The notes beneath the pieces are model-generated. The model was not told the origin of the DNA. It worked only from the letters and a program-made list of their open reading frames with translations, and searched no databases. Shown one piece after another: positions 23,388 through 38,239 of a stretch of 64,000 bases of DNA. The stretch comes from Cycas panzhihuaensis. Taxonomy: Eukaryota; Plantae; Cycadophyta. The DNA is taken from positions 74,159,741 through 74,223,740 of the forward strand of contig CM041465.1 of NCBI GenBank assembly GCA_023213395.1. The letters are read 5' to 3'. How positions within the stretch are numbered: the first letter of the stretch is position 1; each line of letters starts with the position of its first letter. The position numbers and the translations under genes are program-made.

Positions 23388-26300
23388 TGATGGAATTAGG
23401 GGATAGAGGGAATAAAATAAGAATGCAAAAAGGAGATTGATAAAAACCAAAGTCTTCAGACCCTATGAATAAATAAGTGAGACTAAGAGGGATGTAGTAC
23501 ACCCTTCAAAGTCAATTATCAACTATCATTAATAAACACCAGATATACTACCACTGAGATCTAACATAGTATGACTATAGTACAGTTAAGATGTGACATA
23601 GTGCTACCACAATATCTTTTCCAATTTAGGTTATCACCCAAATGTGGGTAATTAACCCAAAGTTGATACAAACCCTAATATAGGTATTATTTTAACATTT
23701 TTATCCCATAAAACTCATTTAGGAAGACTTTAAGTTTATATCTAAATTTAATAAACTTTATTTTACTAAGTGCCTTTGTGAATGTGCTTGGCACCTATTC
23801 TTCTGTATTGCAATAGACCAATTCTAACTTGCCTTACTGTACCAACTTTCTAATAAAGTGATATTATGTTTCAATATGCTTTATCTTACTATGAAATACT
23901 AAATTCCTAGTTATTTAAATTATGTTTTGATTATCACAAAGCAACTAAGTGGGACCAACCTATTCTTCTTGTAAATCCTATAGTAACCTTTTAATCCATA
24001 CTATTTCATATATTTCTATTACAACTGCTTTATACTATACATCTATAATGGATAGAGATATTGTTGTCCATTTCTTTGAACTCCATGTTACTGCTACTAA
24101 ACCCAAAGTAAATGTATAACTAGAGGTATATTTTTTATCATCTATACAACTTGCTAAATCTGAGTTTGTATAGCTAACCAATCTATAGTCCCTTAATGAC
24201 CTATAATGTAATCCATATCTAATGCTACCTTTAAGACACCTGATAATTCTCTTGGATATTTACCAATATTTTACCCTAAACTCATGCATGAATCTAGAAA
24301 CCACACTAACTACATACACAATGTTTGGTTTAGTTGAAATCAAGTAAATTAGGCTCCTAATCAATTACTTATAGAGTGTAGGATCAACTAATTTTGATTT
24401 CTCAAACTTAGACAATTTTAATCTAGCCTCTATTAGAGTTGTAAGTGGCTTGAAACTACTCATGTTAAACTTGCATAACATATCTAATATGTATTTCCTT
24501 TGGGAAATAAATATCCCTTTTTCATCTTGCCAAACTTTAATGCCTAAGAAGTAATATATTAGTCCCAAGTTTTTCATCTTAAATTCTTTATATATATCTT
24601 TTTTAAATCATTGGGACAAGTAATCATTATTTCTAATATATACTAAGTTATTAATATATACACCCACAATTAGTATAGAGCTTCCTTTTATTTTGATGTA
24701 TAAATTAGGATATGATTAACTTCTTTAGAATATTTTATCATTGAAATATTTATCAATCCTAAAGTACCATGCTTTAGGAGCTTACTTAAGTCTATATAAG
24801 CTCCTTTTAAGTTTGTAGACCTTATTTTCTTTACTTTTCACTTCAAACCCTTTAGGTTGTTGGATATAATTTTTTTAATCCATATAGCTATTTAAGAAGG
24901 CACCTTTTACATCCATTTAATGTACTATCCAACCTTGTTATGTAGTTAAGGCTATGATTAACCTAAATATTTTTAACCTTGTAACTAGTACAAATATTTC
25001 ATTGTAATCTATGCTATTAAGTTGAGCATAGACCATTGTAATTAACCTTGCCTTATATTTATCAATATACCCATTTGATTTATACTTGGTATTATAGACC
25101 CATTCAGTCCTAATGACATTCTTACTAGGTGGTAAATCTACTAACTCCCATGTATTATTTTTCACTAAGGTATTATACTCCTCTTTCGTTGCTTTCTTCT
25201 ATTCATCTTGATTATTTGCCTTTCCAAAGTTATGAGGCTCATTAGACTCCATAACTTGAGTCATAAGTGCAAACTTCACCCTATGAGATATTGTAGCCCT
25301 TCTCTCAAAGTTGGTGTCTAAAATATTTATAGGGTTATGAGCCCTTTGTACCCATTTTGGGGCCCTTTAATTTGAAGTAAAGGGTCATATTTTATTTGTA
25401 TTAGGTACATTTATACGCTTAGAGTTTAAATCCACTTCAACTATGATATTCTTACCCTTATTCTTTTTAAGAATTTATTCTTAGTAAATTCATCTTCTTT
25501 AAAGATGACATCCCTACTTATAATAATCTTTTTTCTTTTTAGATCATATAATTTATAGGATCTAGAAGAGTCATAATCTCCTATAAAGATACATTTGATA
25601 CTTTTGTCATTTATCTTTATTCTCCTTTGATATTTGACATGTGCATAAGTTATGTATTAAAAAATTTTCAAGTATTTAATGCTTGGATTATAACCTGTCT
25701 AAGCTTCTTTTAACATAATCTACCTAATTTCTTTGGTAGTACACTTATTTAACATATAGATAATTGTATGTATGACTTCTACCCAATATTCATTTCATAG
25801 ATACTTATCCTTAAGTATACTTCTTATTATTTCAATAATTATTCTATTCTTCCTTTCAATAACTCTATTTTATTGAGGCTTGTAAGGATTTATAAGGTAT
25901 TTCCTTATTCTACAATATTTATAATAATCTTTGAATTCATTTAAAATTAATTCTTTCCCATTGTTTGATCTTAGGGTCAAAATTCTATGTCCACTTTGTC
26001 TTTCAACCATAGTTTTGAAATCAATGAAACATTATAAAGCATCTAACGTAAACTTAAGAAAGTAGACCCAAGTTATCCTTGTAAAGTCTTCAATAAATAT
26101 CATAAAAAACTTAGCACCTCTAAGTGAGGGCACATCCATTGGAGCATATAAGTCTATGTATATCAATTAAAGGGGCCCATTGGCCCTATAACTTTCATTA
26201 GGGAATCATTTCCTTTATTGTTTTCTAAGTACACATCCTTTATATATATTTTTTCTATGTTTAATATTTAGTAGTCTAATTACCATGCCTATTTTCTTCA

Positions 26301-29300
26301 TTAAGGCTAGACTATTATAATTTCTATGGCCAAGTCTTTTGTACCATGTTTCAGTATCCACATTGGTTGATTCCTTTAAGGCATAATAGCTTATTAGGGT
26401 TATGACTAGTTTGAATAACCTATCACTAGTCATTTGTCCTTTAGCCACAATTCCTTTATTCCTTAGTTTATCTTTGATAGTGTATTCTCTATTTTCAAAT
26501 ATTACCTTATATTTCTGTTTCATCATATGACCCACTGAAAGCAAATTCTTCTTAAGTTCTAGAACATGAAACACATCATTTATGCACCTCATTTCTCCAA
26601 AATTAATTTCTATGAAGATATTCCATTTGCCAACAACTACTTGAGTGTTGTTATCACTAAATGTAATCTTACTTCTCTTGATATTGTCTAATTCTTTAAA
26701 CAACTCTTCTTTATGAGTCATGTATGTAGAACACTTTAAATTTATGTACTAACTATTTTCTTCCTCATTTTCTATTAAACTTGAAAGAAACAATCTTTTA
26801 TCTTGTCTTCTTCAATAGTTGTATTAACAATCACCCTTTATGAATTTGATCTTTTTACAAAGTAATTTTCTTCCAAGTGCCTATTTCTATGGTAATAGGA
26901 ACATTGGATTATTCTTCTACCCCTTGGTCTTCTTCCTCTTTGTCCTTAGTTTCTACCCCTAAGATTTTCACCTCTTCCTCTTCCTTAAGGTATATAATTT
27001 TATCTTTGCCATTTGATTAAATTAAACTTAAAAATATATTTATCCTTGGAATTGATTTTACCTTGGTATAAATGACTTAGACCTTATCCTTGATGATTAC
27101 CTTGTACTTGATAGGCTTGACTTTGCCTTTAAAATTGATTTATAGTTTGACCTCTACCTCTAAGGGATTGTCCTCTACCCCTAGAATTTTATTCTTGAAA
27201 TATAGGTCTAGTTTTTACCTTGGCGGCAAAAACATGCTCAAGAAACTTATTTCTTCCATATTTCTCTTTTATAACTAGTAACATAGCACTTAATTAATCT
27301 ATCTTAAGGGTACTTAGGTCCTTAGAGATATTAATGCTAAAGGTAACTATCTCAAATCATTTGATGTTGCTTACACATCTTAAGATTTTCTCAATTACTC
27401 TTTACTTGCTAATTACCTCTCCTAAGCCCTTCATTTAATTGACTAGGCCTTAGATTTTTGTAATGAAGTTGTTTACACATTTATCAGTATTCACTCTTAA
27501 GTTCTCAAATTTACTTCTCACATTCTTAAGCTTTGATGTTACTACTCCTTCATATATATTATCTAGTGTATTCCATGCCTCCTTTGATGTCGATATTTCA
27601 CTAACCCTTAGGAATATATGTGAAAAATGGCCTAATGGCCTTATAATCCCAAGATCTAGAAGCTAGGTTCACTCTAGTTCTAGAAGGTAAATAAGCTAGA
27701 CAAGAATGAAACTATAAGATGAAATATAAGTAAGATAAAGCATGAAGAGAAAGAGTAAGAAAATGATACCAAAGATGAGGAGTTGGAATTGGTCCAACCT
27801 CCAAATGAATAACAATTTGATTAGCAAACTGGCAGCATAACAATATAACTCCAACTCTCTATGAGAACAATGAGAAGAGGTCTCATTATATAGAGTGAAA
27901 GGAGAGACCTAAGGCATTGGATGTTTGAAAAGTGTCAAACATCCAAGGTACATGCCTTGCATGTAGGACATGTGTCCTTTTAGGGCTCTCAAGTGAAAAA
28001 AGTGCATGGAGGTCCATTTAACCCTTTAGTGACAATGTTGTGTCACTATGAAAGAATGAGGGTGTGCACTTTATCATTTAAGTAATAACTCATCCCTAAA
28101 GTATAAAAGTATAAATATTACATGAAAAATAAAGTACATAGTCTTAACATGTAAACATAAGGTTTAACACCTCCCCCTTATTATTTATAATATTAAGTTA
28201 GACCCCTAAACCATCTCTAGATTTTATAATTTCTTCTCTACCAAGTGGTTTGGTAAAGATATCTGCTGTCTGTTATTCTGTTGGTCTATACTGAAGGTTG
28301 ATCTCACCACTTTGCATATGCTCTCTGATGAAGTGATGATGAACCTCAATATGTTTGGTCCTTGCATGAAAGATAGGATTCTTGGCCAACTTGAGTACAC
28401 TTTGATTGTCGTAATAAATCTTGGTGGGATGATCCTGCTCAAGTCCAAGTTCTCCAAGAATCTGTCATAGCCATATTGCCTCATAAGCTACGCTGACTGT
28501 AGCTTTATATTCTACTTTAGTGGAGGACAAGATAACATTGGGTTGCTTCTTGCAACTCCACGAAATAACTGCTGAACCAAGAGTAAAACAGTAACCTAAG
28601 GTTAATCTCCTATTATCCTAGTAACCTGCAATGTGCCTTTGATATATTTAAGTATGCATTTAGCTACATTCTAATATTTCTGATTAGGTTGAGACAAGTA
28701 TCGAGAACAAATCCCAACTGCAAATGAAACATTTGGTTGAGTGTTGGTGAGATAAATGAGGCTACCAATCAACTACTGGTAAAGAGTGAGATCTGCAGGT
28801 TCAACTTCCTCATTGAGAGTAAGCTTTGTTCCATTCTCCATAGGTGTAGGCATTGGCTTGTAGTCATGCATCCTGAACCACTCTAAAATGTCCCAAGAAT
28901 ATTTCGCTTGGGAGATAAAGATATAGCCTGGCTATTGTCATACCTCAAAGCCTAAAAAATAATGGAGAAGTCCAAGATCTGTCATCTCAAAACTCCTCTT
29001 CAAGTCATCTTGGAGAATCCATATCATCTTAGTGTCATTATTAGTGATCACTAAGTCATCTACATACAAAACAATAAAAATAGCATGGTCTTTTCATCTT
29101 TGATGTATAAGTTAGGATCTGAAGTAGATCAATGAAACCCATGTCTCAAAAAGTAATCATTAATCTTTGAGTACCATGCTCTTGGAGCTTGTTTCAAGCC
29201 ATATAATGCATTTTTTAGACAATAAACTAAATGCTCATTGCCTTGTACCTTGTAACTAGGAGGTTGCTCCAAGTATACCTCCTCCTGAAGATCGCCATTG

Positions 29301-32300
29301 AGAAAGGCACTCTTCACGTCCATTCGAAAAACTGGCCATTTACATTGAGCTACTAAGGCCAATATGAGTATGATGGTATTCATATTATCCATTAGTGCAA
29401 AAGTCTCCTCGTAGTCTATGCCTTCTTTTTGTTTGAACTTTTTTGCCATAAGGCAGGCCTTCTAGCGCTTAAGTATACCATCAGAATGAAATTTGGTCTT
29501 GTAGACCCATTTGGAGCTGATTGCTTGTTTGTGTCTAGGCGATTTGACCAAATCCCAAGTTCCATTCTTTTCAATAGAATGGAATTCTTCATCCATAGTA
29601 GCCTTCCAATTTTCATTTTTAGAAGCCTCCTCAAAGGTGGAAGGCTCATCAACACATAGCACTTTAGCCATAAGTGCAAAATTATTCTATTGCCTATATT
29701 TTGATGGACATTTTCCTTCAATAATGTAGCCATCCTACACTATTTGAGTATACCATTTTGATAACTTTTTAATTGATGTGACTTAAACCTCAAAATCTTC
29801 TGGTCTAAATGGTTGATCAACAGGGGATATACTAGGATCAATTGGAGCTAAATCTAATGATGTGGATGCTCTAGCAGGTGTAGATGATGTACATGGAGTT
29901 GAAGATTGAGAGGGAAGGAAAACTTCAACAATCTTTTTGCCTTTGTCAATGGGGGGTTACATGGATGCTATATGCAACTCCTTATGATTGTCTTCATCAA
30001 AGATTATGTCTCTTGAGAGATGCATTTTCTTCCCAATGGGATCATACAACTTGTAGGCTTTGCTATGAATGGCATAATCTACAAAGATGCACTTTAGACT
30101 ATGCTTGTCTAATTTTGTTCTTTGCTGATCATGAATGTGCATATAAGCAGTGTACCCAAAAGTCCTCAAATGACTGACAGTTGGTTTTTTTCCAGACCAT
30201 ACCTCCTCTAGTGTGATGTCGATGACTACTGTTGTTGGACTTTGATTTGTCACATAGGCAATTGTGTGGAATACTTCCACCCAGTAAGCTCGAGTGAGTC
30301 CTTTTGCATGCATCATTGCTTTGGCTTTATTAGCCAAAGTTCTATTCATTCTTTCAGAGACTCCATTTTATTAAGGAGTATAAGGAATAGTAAGATGTCT
30401 CTGAATGCCATTATCCTTACAGAATTGGGTGAATTCGTTTGAAGTAAATTCACCTCCATTGTCTGTCCTTAATATTTTGATGGATTGGCCAGACTCGTTC
30501 TCCACTTCAAGCTTGAATTCTTTAAACTTTTGAAATGCTTATGACTTATGCTTGATGAAGTAGACCCAGACTTTATGAGAGAAGTCATCAATGAAGGAGA
30601 TATAGTATACAGCTCCTCCAAAGGATGCAGTGGATATATGTCCACACAAATCTGAGTGTCCTAATTGCGAAGGATGTGATGCATGCAAAGATTTATATTT
30701 AGGGAAAGGCAAGCAATGTTGTGTCTCCATTATGCATGCTTCACAAAGACATTTTGTGCCATATATCTTTGGAAGCCCATGTACCATATTTTTATTCATC
30801 ATCTGCTTGAGATTGTCTAATCTTAAATGGCTTAGACATTGATGTGAAAGTTACATCTTGGACAAAGATTTAGTGACAATGGAACTAGAGTAAGTGGAAT
30901 CATATATTATGTTATTAGCATCCAATTTGTAGAGGCCATGATCCTCATATCCAACAGTTACTACCTAGTTATTTTTGTCACTTATTATACATTTCCCATT
31001 TTTTAACAAAACACTCATCTGTTACTTGTCCAATTTACTAACAAATAGCAAGCTTTTGTCCATGGAAGGTATAAAGTAGGCATTACCATTGGGAAATGTA
31101 GAAGAAGGATTAGAAGAAGAATGAAATGGAGTTATTTTGCCTATGCTAGAAATCTTAACAAATTGATTATTGCCGAAGGTTACTAATTGACCTTTTCCTT
31201 CCTTAATGTCGCAAAGGAGTTCTTCACTCCCAGTCATGTGTTGAGTAGCTCCAGATTCAATGATCCAAGTTTCATCAACCTTAGATGAATGATAAGCACA
31301 AAACAGTTTGTCCTCATCCGTAAACTGATTAAAGTGGCATTGATTGCCATCTCTAAACCCCCTCCTTCCTCTTTGACCTCCTTGATAGGCACCTCGATTT
31401 GGTCGAGGGGGTTGCTGCTACTGTTGTTGTTGAAATCTTTGTTGGAATTACTGTCATGGCTACTATTGTCTCTGACTTTGTTGGTGTGGTTGCTACTGTT
31501 GGTATCATAGATCTACTTGCTTCTTCCTACAATCAGGTGCTATATGGCCAACTTTGCCATAATAATGACAAACAACATTGATATTTGATGAACTAATGCT
31601 TATGTTCCTAAACTACTTTGAAAGTGCAAGTTTAGGATTCTGCTTGGCTTTTGATTTGGCCATGAATGCACCTGATGTAGATGGTTCATCCTCACTATCC
31701 TTGGTGTAAATTTTCTCCTCTTGAAGTAACAAGCTTTCAAGTTCATTAAATGGCATTCATTTGAGTGAACCATCTCATGTAGTGGAAGAAATAAAGCCGT
31801 TGTAGTCCTTAGGCAAAGCTTTGGTAATTGATGTTATAAGCTCATCTCTAGTGGCAAGACTACCTAGTATATTCAATTCATTACATACCTCGTTGATGGA
31901 GGAAAGGAAAACCAACATAGGCTTAACAAATTTTATAGAATACAACTTGGCTTTTACCATCAATATGCGAGCTTCATCTCGCCTTTCATACAAAGAGGAC
32001 AAAATGTCCCATGCTTCCTTGGAAGTTTTTGTACACACAATATTTTAATCTACATAAACATCAGCAATCATATGTAGGAATTCTAAAGCGATTTCATCTT
32101 TGTCTTCCCAAGCAATAACAAGAGCATCATCAGGTTAAATAGTTACATCACCATTGATAATAGGTACAGGTTGGGGTATCATTCCATAAATACAACCCTA
32201 AAATTCATTCATTATCAAGAGATTTTGAGTGATCCTTTTCTATTCTTGATAGTTGTCTTATCATATTAATCTGATGGTGCATGCATTAAGCATGTTAATT

Positions 32301-35300
32301 GTAGCCATGTTTCAGTTCTAAGGCTTGAAGCTAACAGATAACTTAGAGACTCAAAGCTTTCTTCATTTAAGTTCCACCTTTTAACGAAACCAACGGTTCT
32401 GATCTTACTAGAAGATCTAACAACTAAATGGAACGATGAGGGGTGGAGGACTAGGCTATGGAGTTGGTCCAACCCTAATCTATAGAGGAGATCTAATAGT
32501 TAGTTAAGTTAAATCTAGGACAAGGTAGGTAGGGTTGATCTGCATGGATGTACCATGCTTTCCCTGGGATTCACAGCCCCAATAACACCCTTTTCGAACC
32601 TCCTTTCCCTCAAGCAACCTTATTTGTCGTGCACTGGCCGTATGGTTAGTTGGTCCCCTAGAGAATGCACCAAGCTTAAGGTTATTTCAGAGGTAAAGTT
32701 TGAATCTTTTTTGAGCCTTTCCAACAATATTTTTAAAGTCACTTTTTAGAAGGCTAAAGTGAACTTAAGATTTATTTTACTTGGATGATGTACTTATGAA
32801 AGTACTTAATTAAGCTTACAATGAAAGGGGCTTCAAAATAAGCAATATAGTACATCAAATGAATACTTAAAGTGTTGTTACAATAAGCACTTAATGAAGT
32901 GAGAGTGCTATACAAATCCAAGTAAAAAAGATGCTTGAGTATAATGAGTTTTGAAAAAATAAGTACTTGAAAAAATGCTAAGTACTCAATGAAGCAAAGC
33001 AAAACCTTGTGATGAAAGTACAAGTGGGTTCCTTTTAATGCTCAAGAGTGAAGAGAAAAAAATCACTTACCAAATAAGAACACCAACCACCAAATGTTGG
33101 GACTTTAAAATAGTCCCAATGATAAAAAAATGAAGTGATTTTATTAAGTAAGAAGTATTCTTGAGCCCTTTTTGTGACTAAGGGCAATAGGTCACCATGC
33201 AAGGTGCCTTAAAAAAAAAGTGTTGAAGTAGTGATAAATATCATTTTCAACAAAGTATCAACACTTAAAATCACTTTCAACAAGACTTTTTAACACTTAT
33301 AAACATGAAATAAGTGTAAAATGAAGCTTGAAATACCTAAAAACTAGATTGAAATTCAATTTTTTTTTTTGTAACTTTGAGCAATAAAGACACCATGCAA
33401 GGATCCTTTGAAAATGCTTTAAAATAAGTATTTTTAATCTTCAAAGAAGTGAGATTGACGTAGTATCATTTTTTAATGAAGTTACTAAGTATCAATGAAG
33501 ATTTTTAACTCCAAAAGTACACAAAAATGTGATTTTTTCCTTTAAAAAAAATTTAAGCTAAGGTCACCATGCAAGGTGCCTTGACTAAAAATAACTTAAC
33601 AAAGGAACCAAAAACACTTTTTAATGTGAAAAATCACTTAAAAGCCTTGATTTAGTCTTTCATTTACTAAAGTGAAGTCAAAATGATTAAAAGACTAAAA
33701 ATCACTACGAAACCTTTAAATTTGGCTTAAAAAGTAAAATTTTAATGATCTTTGAAAGACTTGATATAAACTTTATATCAAAGAAAGTTATATAAAGAGG
33801 AATATTCTAATATTCATAACCTAAGATCAAAAAATAAATGTGAAAAAATAAATTTTTTGAAGAAAAAAAAAGGTCGACGGAGGAGTCATTGCCGTCCGTG
33901 TGCCCGCAAAGATGAATAGGTGGTTCGATCTCTGTGTATAGTCATTGAAATCAAACAAAAATTTAGGGGTAGGTCGTGATCAGTCCAATGGAGGTCCATC
34001 CTAAGTTTGAGTAGGTTTGACTTAGTTTGTAATGTGAATGAAGCAGTAGAAGTACATTGAGGGTGCCCTAGTCGTGGAGTGTTTAAAGAGTTGTACGACT
34101 ATTGTGGGTGACATCTGGTTACTAGAATACCTCTATGGGACCTACGTGGGGTCAAAATAAATTCCTGATGTGAGAAAATAACTCGTAATAGACCTATACC
34201 AGTGATTTAGAGGTTTTCACTTTGGTTTAAGGGCTGAAAATAGCCTTAAACTAGACTAGACACTTCAGAGAGCCTCAGAGTGGTCTGGATTTCTTCCTTA
34301 AAGATAGATACTCTTGTAAATAATGTCAGTTTAGGGATATCCATCCATATTTAGTAGAAATGAGTGAAAGACAATAGTTTTTTAGGCTAAAAAACACTAA
34401 AAACTGTAATGAATTTGCACAACACTAAGAAAATTTTGGTACAGATCAATTACAGGTCGAAGATAATAATTATCAGGCTAATTTATAGTCCAAAAAATAG
34501 CTAAACAACTTAGATCTACCTCCTTTCGTGTAACATAAATTTTTCTTGAAGAAAATTTAAAGAAAAAGAACTATTATTATTTTTTTTTAAAACAGTGTTG
34601 CACCCTTGATAGAGGTCTGAAAAAAATTTCAGATCTAAAAGTAGCCTCACTCTAGCTCTTAACACTGCTCCAAAAGTTTGAACTTGAAAGAAATATGTCT
34701 CAACAAACCTTGAATCACCTTCAGAGAGCAAAGGTTGTCACCAAGGGTTTGTAAACCTACTTTGAATCTCCTTGAGCAGAAAAAATAGAACAAAGGAAAC
34801 TAGTCTCCTCTAGCTCTGATACCAAGTATGAAAAATAGCCTAATGGCCTTACATATCCCAAGATTTAAAAGCTAGGTTCACTCTAGTTCTAGAAGGCAAA
34901 TAAGCTAGACAAGAATGGAACTATAAGATGAAATATAAGTAAGATAACGCATGAAGAGAAAGAGCAAGAAAATGATACTAAAGATGAGGAGTTGGAATTG
35001 GTCCAACCTCTAAATGAATAACAGTTTGATTAGCAAATTGGTAGCACAATAATATAACTTCAACTCTCTATGAGAATAATGAGGAGAGGTCTCATTATAT
35101 AGAGTGAAAGGAGAGACCTAAGGCATTGGATATTTGACAAGTGTCAAACATCCAAGGTACATGCCTTGCATGTAGGACATGTGTCCTTTTAGGGCTCTCA
35201 AGTGAGCAAAAGTACATGGGGGTCCATTTGACCCTTTGGTGACAATGTTGTGTCACTAGGAAAGAATGTGGGTGTGCACTTTATCACTTAAGTGATAAGT

Positions 35301-38234
35301 CACCCCTAAAGTACAAAAGTACAAATATTACATGAAAAATAAAGTACATAGTCTTAACATGTAAACATAAGGTTTAACAATATATAATCTTCCAAAACAT
35401 AAAAGATGAATTCTAATGCATCACTGTCTCTTTTCTTTTTCCCATTGAAGATTTTCTTTTCATGTTTAGTGGTATTTGTAGCAAGCACTCCATAACCTGT
35501 TTTAATTAGTTTTCATATTTCTTTAGCTACAAAAATTGATTTTATACATCTACTCTAATTAAGAAAATTAGTGCCATCAAACTTAGGCACCATAACATTA
35601 CTAATGTTTGATGCCATAATTAGAAAATTGCCTTAAAAAATAACTATTTAAAAAGTAAAGTGCTTAAAATAAAATATTGATAAAGCACTAAAAGAAAGTA
35701 ATAAAGGGCACTCAAAGGTCAGCAAGACTTATCCCACTTCAATTTTAAAACTTCGACAAATGTCCCAATTAGGATTCAACCACTTCTAAAGTAAATTTTT
35801 TATATTAATAAAAATTACAAACTAAAATTTTACTAGTTTATTCAAGGGTCATCACGTAGGAAGCCCTAAAACTAGTGCTAATTTTGATCATAAAAAAATT
35901 ACATTAAATGATTATAAAAAATTTTGAAATATTATCCACTTAGTATAGGACTAGAAAATGAGTCCAATACCTTAAATAACACTCAATTCTAATATAAGAT
36001 GACCAAGTTATACATTATAATATCTAAGGAAAATTTAGTCTTTTAGTTCATAAGGCTCAAAGAAATTTTATATCAATTTTAGTCATTTAAAAAGATATCA
36101 AATAGAAACCAAATATAATTACATGACCACTTAATTTGTTCGAGTAGAAGTATACATTATCTTGAAGTTAAAAAAACTAAAATTTGAACTTGTTGATGAT
36201 ATATATGATTACTGAAGTAGAAATATGTATTGATTTTGAAATAGCCTCTTTGAAAAAATGACTTAGCCCCTTTGAAAAATGACTTCTGGTCACTTTGAGT
36301 GTTGAATGTAACCTATAAGCTATATGATAAGAGGGATATGAGACAATAACAAAGATTCTAAATGATTCAATATGTAATATAAATCAACTAGCCAATGATA
36401 TTTACATTAGCCTGAAACAATAAATTAATAAAAAATATACAAGCATGAATATTAACCTCCACTAAATAAAGAGTAGTTTGGCTAAAAGAAAGGATGTTAC
36501 ATAGGTGGGTGACTTCAAATAAAGATGGAGATTAGCTAGACAACATCATCTATTCCAAAGAATGAATGCTATCAATATTGATTTAATCTAAAGTAAAATG
36601 CGCTAAATACTGAGAACAATTGTTGGTTTAATATTTAAAAATATATGAAACTTTCATAGATTGTTGACAAAGAGAGGCAAAAAAAAATGAAGGACATAAA
36701 TGATCCATATGTTATGAAATTCTTTATACAAAGTAGATGTCCATATTATACAACCATCGATATAGTCATATGTTAATATTATAATACAATAAAATTTGTA
36801 AAAAGAATTCAACCACATGAATATTAAAAAGGCTGTGTAAATATCAATGCATATAGATATTTATAAGGTTGCATGTAAATATTATAAAGTTGATAATGTA
36901 TAAATATTTGTAAAGTTGATAATGTATAAAGTCTATGTAAAAATATTTTTAAAAATGTGGACTCTTAATAATGCAACCGATAAAAATATGAAGGTTGATG
37001 TAGAAATATAGGGTGTGCTTGATCACAAATCTAGATGCAAATTTAGATGCTAAAAAAGAGACACAGAATGTAGAACATAGAGATGGTAAGATACTTTATC
37101 AACCATTACTAAAATATATGCAAAGAACAATGATGTCCTAAGGAGACTTGTATGCAGAAGAGAGATGGCACCTAAACAATGCAACTTTCTATATGAGTAC
37201 AAAAGACTTTGTGGGGCAGTGACAATGTCTTTGTCTTGTCTCTAAATATTTAGATTAAGAGATGTATGGAGAGGTGACCAATTTCATATGGATCATTAAT
37301 ATATTTATCTTTATATAGACAAGCGAGAGTGTGGGGGTATGAGATGTAGCAATGTGGTAACTAGAGACACAGGTAGACACTTCAAACTAGTCATAAAAAA
37401 GGACATCATTAGAGAATAGAGAAACTTGAGATGCTTTATAAGTGGAGGGTGATAAGTGATTGAAGATAATGCAAATACTTGAATGAGTAAGAGGTTACTA
37501 GTTTATGCTTATTATGTAGGTACAAAGACTGATGAGTGAGAAATTTTAAAGAGCAACTCAATAGATCTATAAGCAAACTAAGAAATTCATCCAAGATAAC
37601 TTTAAACATGTAGGTGGATGCTTCAAAAAAGAGAACCTTAAATATATAACTTGATAGAGATGTTATGTAATATGATTTTGAAAATATTGTAAATATAGAA
37701 TGCTAGATAAGTTGACACAAGTATAATGGAGATTGACAATAGATACAAATGAGTAAATAGTAATAACAAATATAATCATATAAATATACCAATAGTGACT
37801 CCTTAAAAGAATCCTATGTAGCTTTGACTAAGATTCCTTGATAGCTCACCCAACTTGGCTCTGAATGATGGCTTCTATAAATAGGGAAGATGGCTTTAAT
37901 ACCAAATGGTAGATTTGAGGGATAAAGGGAACATAATTAAAGTGCAAAAAGGAGATGACTATTAATCTGATGAGAGTGGTAGTATTGATGAACAATAAGG
38001 TCTTTGAATCCCATGAATAAATAAGAAAGGCTAATAGGGATGTGGCACATCCTTTAAATCCTATCATAGACTAGCATTGATAAGTGCCAAATATATTACC
38101 ATCAAGATTTGATATAGTATGGTTAAGATTTGACATAGTATCGTCATAATATCTTTACCAATCTAGGTTATCATCCCCATATAGGTAATCAACCCAAGGC
38201 AGATATGAGCCCTAATATGGGCATTATTCCAACA
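23388..38234 (-). mobile_element. Ty1/copia element C nested in the RT of A
   Basis: Diverged LTRs 23388-23697 and 37907-38234; PBS (GCTTTAATACCA, 37893-37904); ORF fragments 24365..24577, 24938..25165 (RT) and 26215..26721 (protease/pre-integrase); gag ATG at 35617; diverged TSD CCTTT/TATTT; removal restores A's RT frame. Confidence 0.88.
27619..35379 (-). mobile_element. Full-length Ty1/copia element D (7761 bp) nested in gag of C; youngest LTR element here
   Basis: LTRs 27619-28169 and 34827-35379 (about 93-94% identical by manual count); TSD ATATA; intact iMet PBS GCTCTGATACCA at 34813-34824; PPT 28170-28180; gag-pol about 32308-28200 with stops and frameshifts (ORFs 31775.., 31022.., 30539.., 29957.., 29462.., 29129..). 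Confidence 0.96.
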
Positions 38235-38239
38235 TATTT

